A DNA stretch of 63,826 nucleotides from NCBI GenBank assembly GCA_036785375.1, contig JAWMAR010000022.1, forward strand, positions 1,302,001 through 1,365,826, read 5' to 3'. The notes under the pieces were generated by a model, which did no database searches, was not told where the DNA came from, and saw only the letters and a program-made list of their open reading frames with translations. The stretch comes from Leucoraja ocellata (taxonomy: Eukaryota). Shown here piece by piece: positions 1-12,285 of this stretch (the stretch's first letter is position 1; each line of letters opens with the position of its first letter). The position numbers and the translations under genes were made by a program.

Positions 1-54
1 TACTCTGACTCCAAAATTCAGTACAATGGATTTCAATGGGTCATCAATTTCAGG

Positions 55-560
55 CCCATAGAGTCAAGCAGCACGGAAACAGGCCCTTCGACCCAAGACA
101 TCCACGCTGAACAAGATGCCCTATCTAAGATTGATTCCCCAACTGTGGGCAAAAGTCTCTGTGCATTCACCTATGACACTCATGATTTTATACACCTTTA
201 TAAGATCACCCCTCAGCCTCCTTCGCTCCAAGGATGATATTCCTAGCCTGACCAACTTCTCCCTATATCTCAAACCCTCGAGTCCTCTGCAACACCCTCC
301 TACATCTTCTCGGCACCCTTTCCAACTTAATGACATCCTTCCTACAGCAGTGTGACCAAAACTGTACGCAATACGTCAAAGGTGGCCTCACCAATTTTGT
401 GTGCAAGTAACATAACATTCCAACTTCTGTACTCAGTACTGTGACTGATGAAGGCCAATGTGCTAAAAGCCTTCTAATCCCCGCTATCGAGGAAGAGTAT
501 AATTTACTGCCAATGCCACCATGCAACTCTATCTGACCAAGGATATTCTTCCAGGCAACT
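55..560 (-). mobile_element. CR1 LINE 3' fragment, degraded
   Basis: Translations LVRPPLTYCVQFWS and YREKLVRLGISSLERRRLRGDLIKVYKIM are typical of the CR1 ORF2 C-terminus. Boundaries approximate. Confidence 0.85.
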
Positions 561-1699
561 TTTCTAATGCTGTGAGTCAAACCCTATTTACTATTAAGGT
601 ATTTGTATTCATTGCTGTGTTCTCTCGTCCATAATTCAACTGTTGCCAGCACATTTCATAAATGCTTAAATACTGTGGAATGCAGAAACTCTGTGAAATT
701 CCAACATTTAATGTTGTTATCTGGAAATACTGCACAAGGAGAGGCAAATGTAAAATCTCACACTAGTCTATTGCTGCTGTTACCTATTAGTAATTCATAT
801 TTTACAACAATGTTGATCTGCCAGTCAGTCTGTTAAAAAAAGACTGATAAATATTTATGCAGCAGTTTTCATAAAAGCCTTCTTCACAGATAAAAACTAT
901 CCTTTCACTCAAGATGTCCTGTCCCATTTCAAATTTGGAAGATTTTTCATGGATGTAGCAATTCCAGATCTTTTCAAGAGGTAATGTCTCCCAAATGTGT
1001 AATATGCTGTCTATCAAAACGTTGCTTATGAAAGATATCAGTCTTTTAAGCTACATTCAAATTACACAGCATCAAATTTCATATAAACTTCTTCCCATCC
1101 ATTCAGCATTTGGGCAAATGTTATTTAAATAGCATAATATGTTTTAGCTATCACAAATTTCAATTCCACATCTAGATACAGAAGGATTACAGCAATGACA
1201 TGTTAAAGCTTTTTACTAATAACTGTAAGCTCAAATTTTGCAGGAAATCTGCCAGCAATTTTTGCATCCAAATGTTGGCAATACAACATTTAAGTGTCAA
1301 AGTAACAAAATGCGATTGCACATATAAACATGCAATTCCTGACGACTAATATTTTTTCCAACTGAGCACCCCTCGTGTAGTCCAGTGCTGGTGGGGAAAG
1401 CTATGGTAGTTCCCCACATCTACTGCAAGAACAATATCTCCTTTCATTTGGATAGACAATGACCAAAGTAGGCCTCAATTTTTTTTTTCTTTCGTCGTAT
1501 TTCAATTTATGGTTTTTAATGTTTTTAAGTAATTTACATGAATCCAATTTCTTTTAATGTTTACATCTTCAAAAAAGTGAATCACGAATTGAAGAGACGA
1601 TGGTTCCAAGGAACGTAAAACATGCTACAGATATGACTGTGGTGTTGTTGATGGTGAGTGGGGGGGGGGGGGGGGGGGGGGGAAGGGGGAGCTCTCCTA

Positions 1700-2215
1700 A
1701 AGTCTACTATCAATTCCAACCTAAGAGCTCCAGGTTGTTACAAAGGCACCAGGAGGCCAGCCGTGTCACTTCCTGTCTGTAGGCAGATTCCTCCCCATCC
1801 TGGATCAGTCCAATCAGGGTTGTGTCGTCCGCAAACTTGAGAAGCTTGACAGAGGTCTGTGGAGGTGCAGACGTTGATGTAGAGAGAGTAAAGGAGAGGC
1901 AAGAATACGCAGCCTTGCGGTGCTCCTATGCTGAGGGTCTACAGGTCCAAGATGTGCTTTCCCAGCCTCACATGCTGCTTCCTGTCTGTCAGGAAGTTGG
2001 TGATCCACTGACAGAGGGGTTCAGGCACAGTCAACTGGGAGAGTTTGGAATGTAGTCGCTCTGGCACAATGGTGTTGAATGCAGAGCTAAAATCTACAAA
2101 CAAAATCCTTGCATAGGCCCCCTGGCGGTTTTGGTGCTGGAGGATGAAGTACAGGCCTTGGTGGACCTACTTCTCTTACCAGACAGGTCAATAACCAGGG
2201 TTGAGGATAACTTGC
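1700..2215 (-). mobile_element. Rex1/Babar-like LINE RT fragment
   Basis: Minus strand reads LLKFADDTTLIGLIQDGEESAYRQEVTRL and contains an FSSAFNTIVP motif. Confidence 0.8.
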
Positions 2216-2459
2216 AGGGCTGAAGATGAGTTAATGAGAGTTTCAAACAGTGTTTGAAAAATTGTGAGGCTGAAAACCTAATTCATAACAGCTCCCAAAT
2301 GCCGGACATCCATAACAAGGGCAGCAGTGAATGGAAACAGCACCACCTGCAGGTTTCCCATTAGGTGACATGTCATCCGAACTTGGAATTACATTGCTGT
2401 CCTTCTTATGAGCAACTGGGGATGCACATTGGGATGCACATTGTCATACATGGTTTACT

Positions 2460-2700
2460 GGAAACAGGTTGTACATAATTAGCTGAGAGAGATTATCAAG
2501 ATAATTTACTTTAAATGATATTGCTTGAGGGCTGAATACTGTGCAGGAAACTGAGCAATCCTTGACTTCTTCAAAATAGTGCCATGGAATATTTTATTCC
2601 CATCTTGGAGGGCACATAAAGCCTCAGTTTAACATGCCATCTGCAAAGCAGCCCCTCTGATGGTATTCTCATTATTTCATTGTGGTGTTAGCCTAGATTC
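2460..2700 (-). mobile_element. Deu-domain SINE (SacSINE1/AmnSINE-like) fragment
   Basis: cttcaaaatagtgccatggaatattttattcccatcttggagggcacataaagcctcagtttaacatgccatctgcaaag...gttagcctagatt matches my recollection of the Deu domain consensus (reverse strand). Related to the 34870-35630 copy. Confidence 0.65.
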
Positions 2701-2749
2701 CGTTATTAATGTTTGTGAGTGCATTTCAATCAACAAATTTTGTCTCAAA

Positions 2750-3215
2750 TTACCAAGACTCGAGGGTGTGAGGTATAGGGAGAGGTTGAATAGGCTGGGT
2801 CTCTATTCCATGGAGCGCTGGAGGGTGAGGAGGGATCTTATAGAGGTGTACAAAATCATGAGAGGATTAGATCAGGTAGATGCACAGAGTCTTTTGCCCA
2901 GAGTAGGCGAATCGAGGACCAGAGGATATAGGTTCACGGTGAAGGGGAAAAGATTTAATAGGAATCCGAAGGGTAACTTTTTCCACACAAAGCATAGTGG
3001 GTGTATGGAACAAGCCGCCAGAGGAGGTAGTTGAGGCTGGAACTATCCCGTTGTTTAAGAAACAGTTAGACAGGTACATGGATAGGACAGGTTTGGAGGG
3101 AAATGGACCAAGCGCAGGCAAATGGGACTAGTGCAGCTGGGACATTGTTGGCCTGTGTGGGCAAGTTGGGTCGAAGGGCCTGTTTTCACACTGGATCACT
3201 GGACTCTATGACTCT
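2750..3215 (+). mobile_element. CR1 LINE 3' end
   Basis: YRERLNRLGLYSMERWRVRRDLIEVYKIMRGLD...; 3' UTR ending ctatgactcta. Confidence 0.9.
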
Positions 3216-3564
3216 AAATACAAGTGTTCTATCAACAGGGTATCCCTGTTGGATCTCACGGATGCTAATCATTTTAACCTCTCTTCCCAATCCCATACTG
3301 ACCTTTCTGGCCTGGGCCTCTTCCATTGCCAGAGTGAGGCCTCATGCAAAGCAGAGGGACAGCACCTCATGTTCTTCCCAGCTGCTATCAGGCAACTGAA
3401 CCATCCTATCAACAACTAGAGAGCAGTCCTGAGCTACCATCTACCTCATTGGAGACCCTCAGGCTATCTGTAATCGGACTTTGCCTTTCACTAAACATTA
3501 TTCCCTTTATCCTATATCTGTGCACTATAGACGGCTCTATTGCTGCCGGTGGTGGGATCCCGTT

Positions 3565-4012
3565 GGTAGACAAAGCTGGAGAAAATCAGAGGGTGAGGCA
3601 GCATCTATGGAGCGAAGGAATAGGCAACGTTTTGGGTCGAGACCCTGCTTCAGACTGATGTCGGGAGGGTTCGGGGGGCGGGAAAGAGAGAGGAAGAGGC
3701 GGAGACAGTAGGCTGTGGGAGGGCTGGGGATGGGAGAAGGAGGGGGAAAGCAAGGACTACCTAAAATTGGAGAAGCCAATGTTCATACCGCTGGGGTGTA
3801 AACTACCCAAGCAAAATAAGAGGTGCTGTTCCTCCAATTTGCGGTGGGCCTCACTCTGGCCATGGAAGAGGCCCAGGACAGAAAGGTTGGATTCGGAATG
3901 GGAGCGGGAGTTGAAGTGCTGAGCCACCGGGAGATCAGGTTGGTTATTGCGAACTGAGTGGAGCTGTTGTGCGAAGCGATCGCCAAGCCTGCACTTGGTT
4001 TGACCGAGGTTG
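3565..4012 (-). mobile_element. Penelope-like element 3' part (GIY-YIG endonuclease tail plus terminal repeat with degenerate hammerhead core)
   Basis: ORF 3757..4017 GQTKCRLGDRFAQQLHSV...PVAQHFNS...GSLHPSGMN; downstream on the minus strand CTGAAGC-AGGGTCTCGACCC-AAAACGTT (core mutated). Confidence 0.85.
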
Positions 4013-4373
4013 ATCATACGCTGAATAATCCGACCAGATTTTTGTTTTGAAGTGGAAAGAGGTCATAGAAATTGCATACATTGTAACATGTAAAAAGTGA
4101 TGAGATACTGTACTGTAATTTTGCTGCATGTCATTGTGGTATATAAGTCATGTCTTGATTGGTGAATATGTTTAGTTTGCGACTTTATTTGAGGCAGAAA
4201 TAATATGTGAATGTTTCATTGACCATAATTCCGACTGGTAGCTACGCACTTCGTCCGAGCACATTATCACACGCGTCATGCTTAAATGACCACCTAAACT
4301 GTCATTTGGCAACCAAAAAAGTTGCTGAGGTTGCCCAGCTGGCAACAGGGAAAAAAGATAAGTGAGAGCCCTG
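4013..4373. mobile_element. Possible right end of a non-autonomous hAT-like DNA transposon
   Basis: Ends in ...tgagagccctg (reverse complement CAGGGCTCTCA, a hAT-like terminus) with subterminal ggcaac/gttgcc repeats. No matching left end or TSD found. Confidence 0.35.
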
Positions 4374-5520
4374 TACATTCCAAGAAAGCTCTTTACTCAA
4401 TAGTCCAGTACTAGATAGACAAGAAAATGGACTTCAAGCAAAGTTACAACTATTTTTTTCCATTTGAATGAGACATGGTGTTGAAAGCATGATTGGATGA
4501 TTGGGATAATATAAAAACCAGGATGTCAGTAATCCAACAATACAAATATCAGTGTGGCTTGTTAGAATGTTTTCCAATCATTTATTGCAGGTTGGGTTTT
4601 GAAAGTGGTGAGGGACTACTTTTTATTCCAGTCTCCTAATACTTCACCGAGGCTTCTCTGGGAGCAAAAACAACTCTAGTTTCATAACCAAACAAAGATG
4701 ATTGCAATTTGTACCTTGACCGAGTTGGGGTTCATTACCTCAAGACAGATGGCTGTGGAGGCCAAGTCAGTGGATATTTTTAAGGTGGAGATTGACAGAT
4801 TCTTGATTAGTAAGGGTGTCTGGGGTTATAGGGCGATGGCAGGAGAATGGGGTTGAGAGGGAAAGATAGATCAGCCATGATTGAATGGCGGAGTAGGCTT
4901 GATGGGCCAAATGGCCTTAGTCTTCTCCTAGAATTTAAAAACTAAAAAAATGATCACACATATTAAAATAAATTTTAATTAGCAAGTCTATTTGACATGT
5001 CCAGAATCAATGGATAATATTAAAATGCTTAATTCAGCCTTCTTCACATTCCAGGTATTGATCATTCACTCACGTATTTTACAATAATCAGTGACATTCA
5101 TTTGAACCCCGTGCATTATAATTTTGCATATTCTTGGATTTGATGCACTGCTTTATGTGTCCACATATCTGGAGTTTACGTATGCTCAGCATTGCTAATA
5201 CCTGCCTGTCCGTATCTTTGCACAAATATAACTATTTCTCGTAATTTATGGCACAGGGTGTTAATGCTGCAAACCTGGGTGACACATTACAGCTTATCAG
5301 ATATGGGTTTTAGATTTTTTCCCTTTTACTTAATTTGTTCAATTTTTACATGTATGCACTCATGTAATTTTAAATTTGCTGCATCACTACTCTGTGGACA
5401 GTCATAAGGCCAGGTAGGATTCAACTGTTTATTACAAACATTAACTGCCTCATATCATATTTTTATTCCAATGCTGCAGTGATACAATAATGCTCTGAAA
5501 CATGCAATTTTAAAACAAAC

Positions 5521-5704
5521 CTTGAAACGATCCTGGCGTTCACAAAGTTTTCCATTGGTCATAGGTGCTTGGCATTTGTGCTTTACAGGTTCAAACTTCC
5601 TTGCAAAGGTTATGTATCTGGTTTTCAGCAAGGCTTCCACCTCCTTGTTTTCAGACTCATCCTCCGTTTCTTTAGGCCCCCAGAATCGATGCGGAATATC
5701 AATT
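5521..5704 (-). CDS. UVSSA: UVSSA exon with first half of zinc finger ([12 protein letters not shown]...[25 protein letters not shown])
   Basis: tattag|AATTGAT...TTCAAG|gtttgt; 184 bp, phase 2 to 0; resembles human HRFW...[25 protein letters not shown]. The next exon (CPFHG...) was not found in the window. Confidence 0.96.
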
Positions 5705-6696
5705 CTAATAGATACACACAAAAGATAAAATCCTTCCAGCAGAGATGCATGACACTAGTTTTCATTAACGTGACAACTATAATTTGTTATATTGCAAATT
5801 AAATTTTGAAATTCAGTGGTTTCACGATGCAGTTCAAAAGCATTATATTGTGCCATACAGTAGCATGGAGGGATACATTCTATTTATCCATGGGGCCCAA
5901 GTCATCAGTGTGGTCACAATTTAGATTTTACAGCCAGAACAATCCTTCAAAATTAATTCAATGGCAGTGAGGTGCTTTGCAATGTTGTGGAAGAAATCAT
6001 ATAAATGCAAGGCCTTTATTCTAACTCCATTGTTGTTAATGGAGGTAAATTAACAGATGATAGTACAGATTCAGACCTAAAACACAGATGAAGAGTTACA
6101 CGTAAAATGCTAATCTGTTTTACTCTATTGATTAATCGATACATTTGCACCACAATGTATAGAGGGCAGGGGGTGGCACTTACTGGGCATAGAGCAGGCT
6201 TGGATTCAATGTGATGAATGGCCTTGTTTCATGACCTAACAATTCTGAGATTCAGTAATACTGCATTTTCTACATTTCCATTATAGTACGAAAAATCTAT
6301 ATTACCCATTTCAACTCCACATTTAATCAACATTTGTTTTCCTAAAATCTAGAAATCCAGCACTGGGCTCATGAATGTATCTGACTACCATTGGTTAACA
6401 AAGAGTAGAATGTCCTCTGGTGGCTATATGGATACATTGCACAAGAAAATGAATCATTTACTAAACTGTACCATTTAATTTACAATTGTTTCTGACCAGA
6501 GGTGTAGATGTCAAAATGTGACTAATTTCCATAACAACTCTTTCAAAACAATGAACAGCAAATATAGATGCTGCAACATCATATTTGACATGACATCTCA
6601 ATCTCTTGTAGTTAATGTCTCCCATCGTTGGCAGTGTTGCCATCAGAAAGATCATTGGCACACTTTTTTGGAGAGCTCAAGCACAAATGGGAATAG

Positions 6697-6826
6697 GACA
6701 ATCAAAGATATGCGAGCCTCAAAATTGGGATTTAAAAAAATATATACTTTTTTCTAGTTAAGACAATCAAAGATATGCGAGCCTCAAAATTAGGATTTTT
6801 TTTTGAAGATGTACTTTTTTCTAGTT
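6697..6826. repeat. Local tandem duplication, about 64-bp unit x2
   Basis: gacaatcaaagatatgcgagcctcaaaatt(g/a)ggatt...tactttttt(t)ctagtt occurs twice in tandem. Confidence 0.85.
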
Positions 6827-8121
6827 TAATCTTGGAGGATTGGACTAGAAGAAAAGGTCCGGACAGAAATAGGGCATTGCAGTGTCACACAAAGTACAAC
6901 TATGGAATGTGTTGAAATAAAATTCATTGCTCGATATCAGCTGTAATCATGCCATGCAATATCAGTAACAAAATTATGTACGTACATTATTATTATTTAA
7001 CTGATAAAGCAATTCTAAACGGGCAAACAAATCTGTATGACTTAACATTGTGGGGGAAGATTTCAACACATTATAGTTTATCCCAAGTTAAAATGGGCAA
7101 ATGGCCACTATGTATTGGAAGCAGTCTGATTAAATCATCTCAAAACAAATAATTTTAATTGTTACATGTTTCTTTTCATTTTGACCAAATGCCTTGAAGA
7201 TATATCTCCACATATAATCATGGCTATATTGGTTCAAGAGTTTGGTATTAAATAAAAATCTTCGAACATATTGAACAGGAGAACGTAGACAGAGAACCGC
7301 CTAACCTCAACCCTCTAATATCAGGCAATCTAAAACTTCAGTTTCTTAAAAAATTCTATATTAATGGAATTGATCTATTTCCCATTGTTGCAAACAACTT
7401 TATCTTTGTGAACTCAGACATATGTTATTACGTAGAGAACATCACTTTCATTATCTCCAATACTTTATACAAGCTGTGACACTTGAAAGCAATCTGCACT
7501 TGATTTGATGAATAAATCTATGGAATTGAATTCACATTGAATTTGTCTTGGATATTTCACATTGTTTCCATTCTAGCGTTACTCAACATTATTCCCTTAT
7601 GATGTTCATACACACCGTAAATGAATCAATTGTAATCATGTATTGTCTTTCTGCTGACTGGTTAGCACACAACAAAAGCTTTTCACTGTACCCCTGTACA
7701 TGTGACAATAAACTAACTGAACTGAATATTCCTCATAATTCTTATCAAAAGTCCCAATCCTTTTCATTAAAGCAAAGAAAAAGATGCAGCCATATCAAAT
7801 ATTTATGTTAAGCATTTTAAACAATTCATAAGGATTCTAAATTGTATGCAAGCAATAAAGACAGGGCTGTTATTTTAATTAATTACAAACCATCAATTAA
7901 AGAGATTGTCTTGTCAGTTTACAAATAAAATCTCTTTTGTGGCCTCCTGTTGTGGACCAGCTGCTGTGATACTCATAGACAATGGGGTCTGTTTGATTAC
8001 CGCTGGCAAGTTACAAGTACACAGTTGAGGTGTATTTTCTCGCAATTCTGTAAGAATCAATTTTTATTCCATATCTCAATTCTTTTGGGAGTGATTTATG
8101 AATTCCATAATGGTAAACCTA

Positions 8122-8154
8122 TCTATATCTATCCATATACTATTAAACATCTTG

Positions 8155-8205
<51 letters not shown>

Positions 8206-9412
8206 CGCGCATGCGCGCACATGTTATTGTATCTTCGCCAAAATGGTACACAGTAGCGCTGACATTTTTGCAGAAATTTACTCAGCTTTTTTCCGCCGTC
8301 AGTCTTATCAAGTTTCCTACAGATATGATGTTATATTTCACAACTTATTGATATTTAAAGTTTAAAAAAAAGCCAACTTTGATACAAAATAATAGCTGCC
8401 TTTGAGACGGAGACTCTTCAGGCGGCTTCCAGTGATGATGTCACAATGCCATCTCACAGTCCTCCAATCACAATGGGATCTCATTTACACAAGCTGCCGT
8501 GAACATTCCGACAATCGCAAATGACATCACATTGGGACCTCTGCTGCCAATACACAAGCTATGAGAGTTGACGGGATGGGGGATGGGAGGAGAACAAATG
8601 TTATTTAAACATTGTCTTTAGTGGTGAGTGCGAAGGGGAGAGGTGAAGGAGGGAGTAACTGATGGCAGGGAAAAGGAGAGGGAGGGAGAGGTGACAGACA
8701 GACAATTGTATCAGCAGATTCAAGGGGAGTAAGTAAGGAGAGTGAGATTTTTACCCCCCCCCCCCCCCCCCCCCATGTGGGAAGGATTGATAGGGACAGC
8801 GAGAGACTGACAGTTTTGACATCACGATGCCCTACCGGCTACAATGCTTCTATCCCAGAACAGAGTCTTTCACAGCAAATGTCCTTCAGGGAAAGTATCT
8901 GCCAGCCTAACCCAGCACAGCAAAGTTTAATGATTAGATTTGGATAACAAAAGATGTTCCTGTCGGTGGCACCTACATCACATTAAATCTTAGTGCAATT
9001 GCATTCTTTTTCAAGTTTAAAGTTTCAAGAATATTGTGTTAGGGGAACGGGTGTGTAATGGAAACGGGTTGCGTTGGGGAAATGGGTGAGTGGTGGAATA
9101 ATGCGTTGGAGGAACGGGGCCCAATGGGTCAAGGGGGTAGGGAGGGGAGAGGGGTTATGGAGGGTGGGAGGGAGGGACTGAGGATAGGGGAAAGCAGAGG
9201 AAGAGAGAGGTGAGGGAAGGAGTGGAGGGGAGGAGGAGAGGGGAGAGAAGAGGGAGGGTGAAGAGGAGTGGGAGGGAGTGTTGGGGGATGAGGGGAAAGG
9301 AGCCGCGCCTGCGCAGTTGCGGGTTATGGGTGAGTGGTGAAATATTGCGTTGGGGGAACGGGTGAGTGGTGGAATATTGCGTTGGGGAACGGAGCCTAAT
9401 GGGTCCTTCTAG
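8122..9412 (+). mobile_element. Non-autonomous Helitron-like element A1 (train 1), with (TG)n and poly-C tracts
   Basis: 5' TCTATATC...TATACTATTAAAC; 3' degenerate hairpin then CTAG (9409-9412). Shares cgccaaaatggtaca...tagcgc with the element at 62975. Confidence 0.65.
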
Positions 9413-9759
9413 TATCTATATTACTAAATCTCTGTTCTTGACTGCTTTTGGCCATCTGTGCTGTGATTTCCAAGAGATCGCCACCACCTACGGCCGTCAT
9501 TTTTGGCCACCTTGCTCAGAGCCCCCCTCCACCGCATGTGTGCAGAGGATTTTTCCCGTCGGTGAAAAATGACAGATATTAATGTTTTTACAAAAGTTCC
9601 CATTTTCTCTGCTGCCCTTGCTGGCGACAGGGGGGAGGGACCTTAAAACCAGGAAGTGGTGTGCCTCACAGTCTCTTCAAGATGGAGGAAGGCAGAGGGT
9701 CACGTTTCTCTGAGCTGTGAATAACACTGAACACATGTCTACTCAAATGTAAGTGCCCT

Positions 9760-10025
9760 TTGTGGTTCTAAAATGCTTGCAGAATGTGTCTATTGGTTCT
9801 AAAATGTTTGCAAGAAGTGTCTATTGGTTCTAAAATGTTTGCAAAAAGTGTCTCTTTTGGTTCTACAATGCTTGCAAAAAAATGTCTATTGGTTCTAAAG
9901 CTTGCAAAAAAAATGTCTATTGGTTCTAAAGCTTGCATAAAAATGTCTATTGGTTCTAAAATGCTTGCAAAAAGTGTCTCTATTGGTTCTAAAATGCTTG
10001 CAGATAGTATCTCTATTGCTTCTAA
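9760..10025 (+). repeat. Minisatellite, about 30-bp unit tattggttctaaaatgcttgcaaaaagtgtc, about 8 copies
   Basis: Directly visible tandem units inside element A2, followed by a degenerate (TG)-rich tract to 10331. Confidence 0.9.
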
Positions 10026-10331
10026 AGTGTGTGTGCGCGTCGTCTGTCTGTGCGTGCGTATGTATGAGTTGCTGTGTCTGTGTAAGTGTCTGTGGATGAG
10101 TGTGTGAGTGTCTGTGTATGAGTGTGTGTATGTGTGAGTGTCTGTATGTGTGAGTGTTTAACTGTGTCTCTGTGTATGAGTGTCTGTCTGTATGTGTGTC
10201 TGAGTGTGTATCTGCGTGAATGTCTGAGTATCTGTGTGAGTGTGTGTATGTGTCTGTCTGAATGTGTGTACGTGTTTGTGACTATGTGTGTGTCTTTGTG
10301 TTTGTGTGTATTTCTGTGTGAGTGTGTCTGG

Positions 10332-10528
10332 NNNNNNNNNNNNNNNNNNNNNNNNNNNNNNNNNNNNNNNNNNNNNNNNNNNNNNNNNNNNNNNNNNNNN
10401 NNNNNNNNNNNNNNNNNNNNNNNNNNNNNNNNNNNNNNNNNNNNNNNNNNNNNNNNNNNNNNNNNNNNNNNNNNNNNNNNNNNNNNNNNNNNNNNNNNNN
10501 NNNNNNNNNNNNNNNNNNNNNNNNNNNN
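10332..10528. other. Assembly gap (N run)
   Basis: Run of n characters next to low-complexity TG sequence. Confidence 1.
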
Positions 10529-11304
10529 AATTGGCTTGGAGTGCTGTGAGGTTGGACTTGCGGCCTGCACTCCATGATGACTTTTGAGGTAAATTCTCAG
10601 ATTTTCTTTGTTATAATTTGACCGCTTAATCTCTCTATATTAAAATTGTCTTTTTTTTTAAATATCAAGAGGCAGTGAGCAGCAGAACACAGCAAGAGAC
10701 ACAACAAAAAATAACTTAATAAATCTCATCTTTAACGTTTAAATTGGTGTTATATTTTAAGCCATTCACATTTTAAACTTTAATAAATCCTTTTTCCAGT
10801 TGCCATGCCTGCGTGCTCTTCATCACAATAGTAACCTAATAGGCAGGAATGGTTGCGCTGTCGGAGAGCCACTAAGAGTGCATGGGGGGAGATTGAGGAG
10901 GAGATAGACTGAATGTGTGTGGGGGAGGGGAATGGCATGGAGCAGAGTGGGGGGAGAAGGGAAGAGGGGTGACTGAGTGAACTGCCACCACCAGCTGTGA
11001 GTGACTGGGCTGCCAGCCCACCAGCCATGAGTAAGTGAAATGCCAGCCCACCAGCTGTAAGTGACTGAAGTGCCAGTCCACTACCGATGACTTAGTAAAC
11101 TGCAAGTCGAAAAATCCATTCAGTCCACAATGTCCATACTAGCCCTCTGGAAACCAGTCCCTTCAGTGCACAACAGCCTGAGTGACTGAGCTGCCCGGCC
11201 AGAGTGACTGAGCTGCCCGGCCAGAGTGACTGAGGTGGAATATTGTGTTGGGGGACCAGCCCTCCCGTGTGAAGCTGGGACCCAACGTGTCCCACTTAGT
11301 CTTG

Positions 11305-11858
11305 TATTTTACTAAAACTCCCATCTTGTTTGTTTGTGTCATATTTTACAAGTTATTCACATTAACTTTATAGTTAACTTTAGTTTGAGAAAGAATCACT
11401 TGAACACAGCAGTGGCAGTTGAGTGGCAGTTACAGCTATGACGTCACAGGTGTGTGGTGGAATATTGCATTGGGGGAACTGGGCCCAACGGGTCAGAGGG
11501 GTATGGAGGGGAGAGGGGTTACGGAGGGAGGGAACGACTGAGGGTAGGGGAAGGAGATGGCGTGAGAGGTGAGGGAGGGATTGGAAAAGGAGAGGGGAGA
11601 GAAGAGGGAGGGTGAAGAGGAGGGGGAGGGAGTTGGGGATTTGGAGAAATAAGCCGCACCTGCGCAATTGGGGGCTGTGGGTGAGTGGCGGAATATTGCC
11701 TTGGGGGAACGGGTTGCGTTGGGGGAACGGGTGAGTGGTGGAAACGGATTACGTTGGGGAAACGGGTGAGTGGTGGAAACGGATTACGTTGGGGAAACGG
11801 GTGAGTGGTGAAATATTGCGTTGGGGGAACGGGGCTCAACGGGTCCCTCTTGGTCTGG
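11305..11858 (+). mobile_element. Non-autonomous Helitron-like element A3 (train 1)
   Basis: Starts (t)attttactaaaactc; internal gttggggaaacgggtgagtggtgga repeats; 3' ggggctc-aac-gggtccc-tcttggt-CTGG. Confidence 0.65.
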
Positions 11859-12212
11859 TTTCTATTATAAAATTCTGTCGTAACGCTGAGGTCACCTGTA
11901 ACATAATTTCCCTATTATGCATCTCCTAAATATTGAATTTAATGGTCAAATATTTATCAGATCTCAATGATGGGGTCATACAGTGCAAGGAATGGCCCAG
12001 CAATTGGCAATAATCAATTTTACTATTTTGCTGCAGCATTCCGTTGACTTTGGTGCTTGCTGATCTGTAATTGTTGGAAATATTGAAAGATATTCTTGAA
12101 ATTCATCATGTTGATTGCAAGAGGCAATTGTCCACAATGTCCATTAATTTCAAAGTAAACAAAACTTTTGACTCTCAAAGTATAAACAATTCTATAACAT
12201 ACCTGAAAAAGT

Positions 12213-12285
12213 GCCCACTCCCAAGGTCAGGACCAAACACGGGTCTCTAGTGCTGTGAGGTAGTAGCCTACCAGCTGTGCCAGTG
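12213..12285 (-). mobile_element. tRNA-derived V-SINE (HE1-like) head fragment
   Basis: Minus strand ggcacagctggtaggctactacctcacagcactagagacccgtgtttggtcctgacc resembles the elasmobranch HE1 head with degenerate A/B boxes. Confidence 0.6.

Larger units (their letters stand above)
9415..11304 (+). mobile_element. Non-autonomous Helitron-like element A2 (train 1), spans the assembly gap
   Basis: 5' A|TCTATATTACTAAA; first ~330 bp homologous to 60925-61265; 3' GGGACCC-AAC-GTGTCCC-acttagt-CTTG. Continuity across the gap is unverified. Confidence 0.7.

Noticed and set aside
1575-1660. Possible plus-strand exon MVPRNVKHATDMTVVLLM ending at a gtgagt donor, faintly Crypton-like
   Set aside because: Too short, weak acceptor, no partner exons; the similarity could be chance.
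1-5520. Next UVSSA exon (expected to begin CPFHG)
   Set aside because: Searched by eye on the minus strand and not found; the ccatgg at about 2582 belongs to a SINE. The exon probably lies beyond the window's left edge.
9760-10025. Regular 30-bp repeats resembling a CRISPR array
   Set aside because: Units are contiguous with no unique spacers, there are no cas genes, and the context is a vertebrate intron.
10022-10587. ORFs spanning the TG tract and N run
   Set aside because: Artefacts of the microsatellite and the assembly gap.
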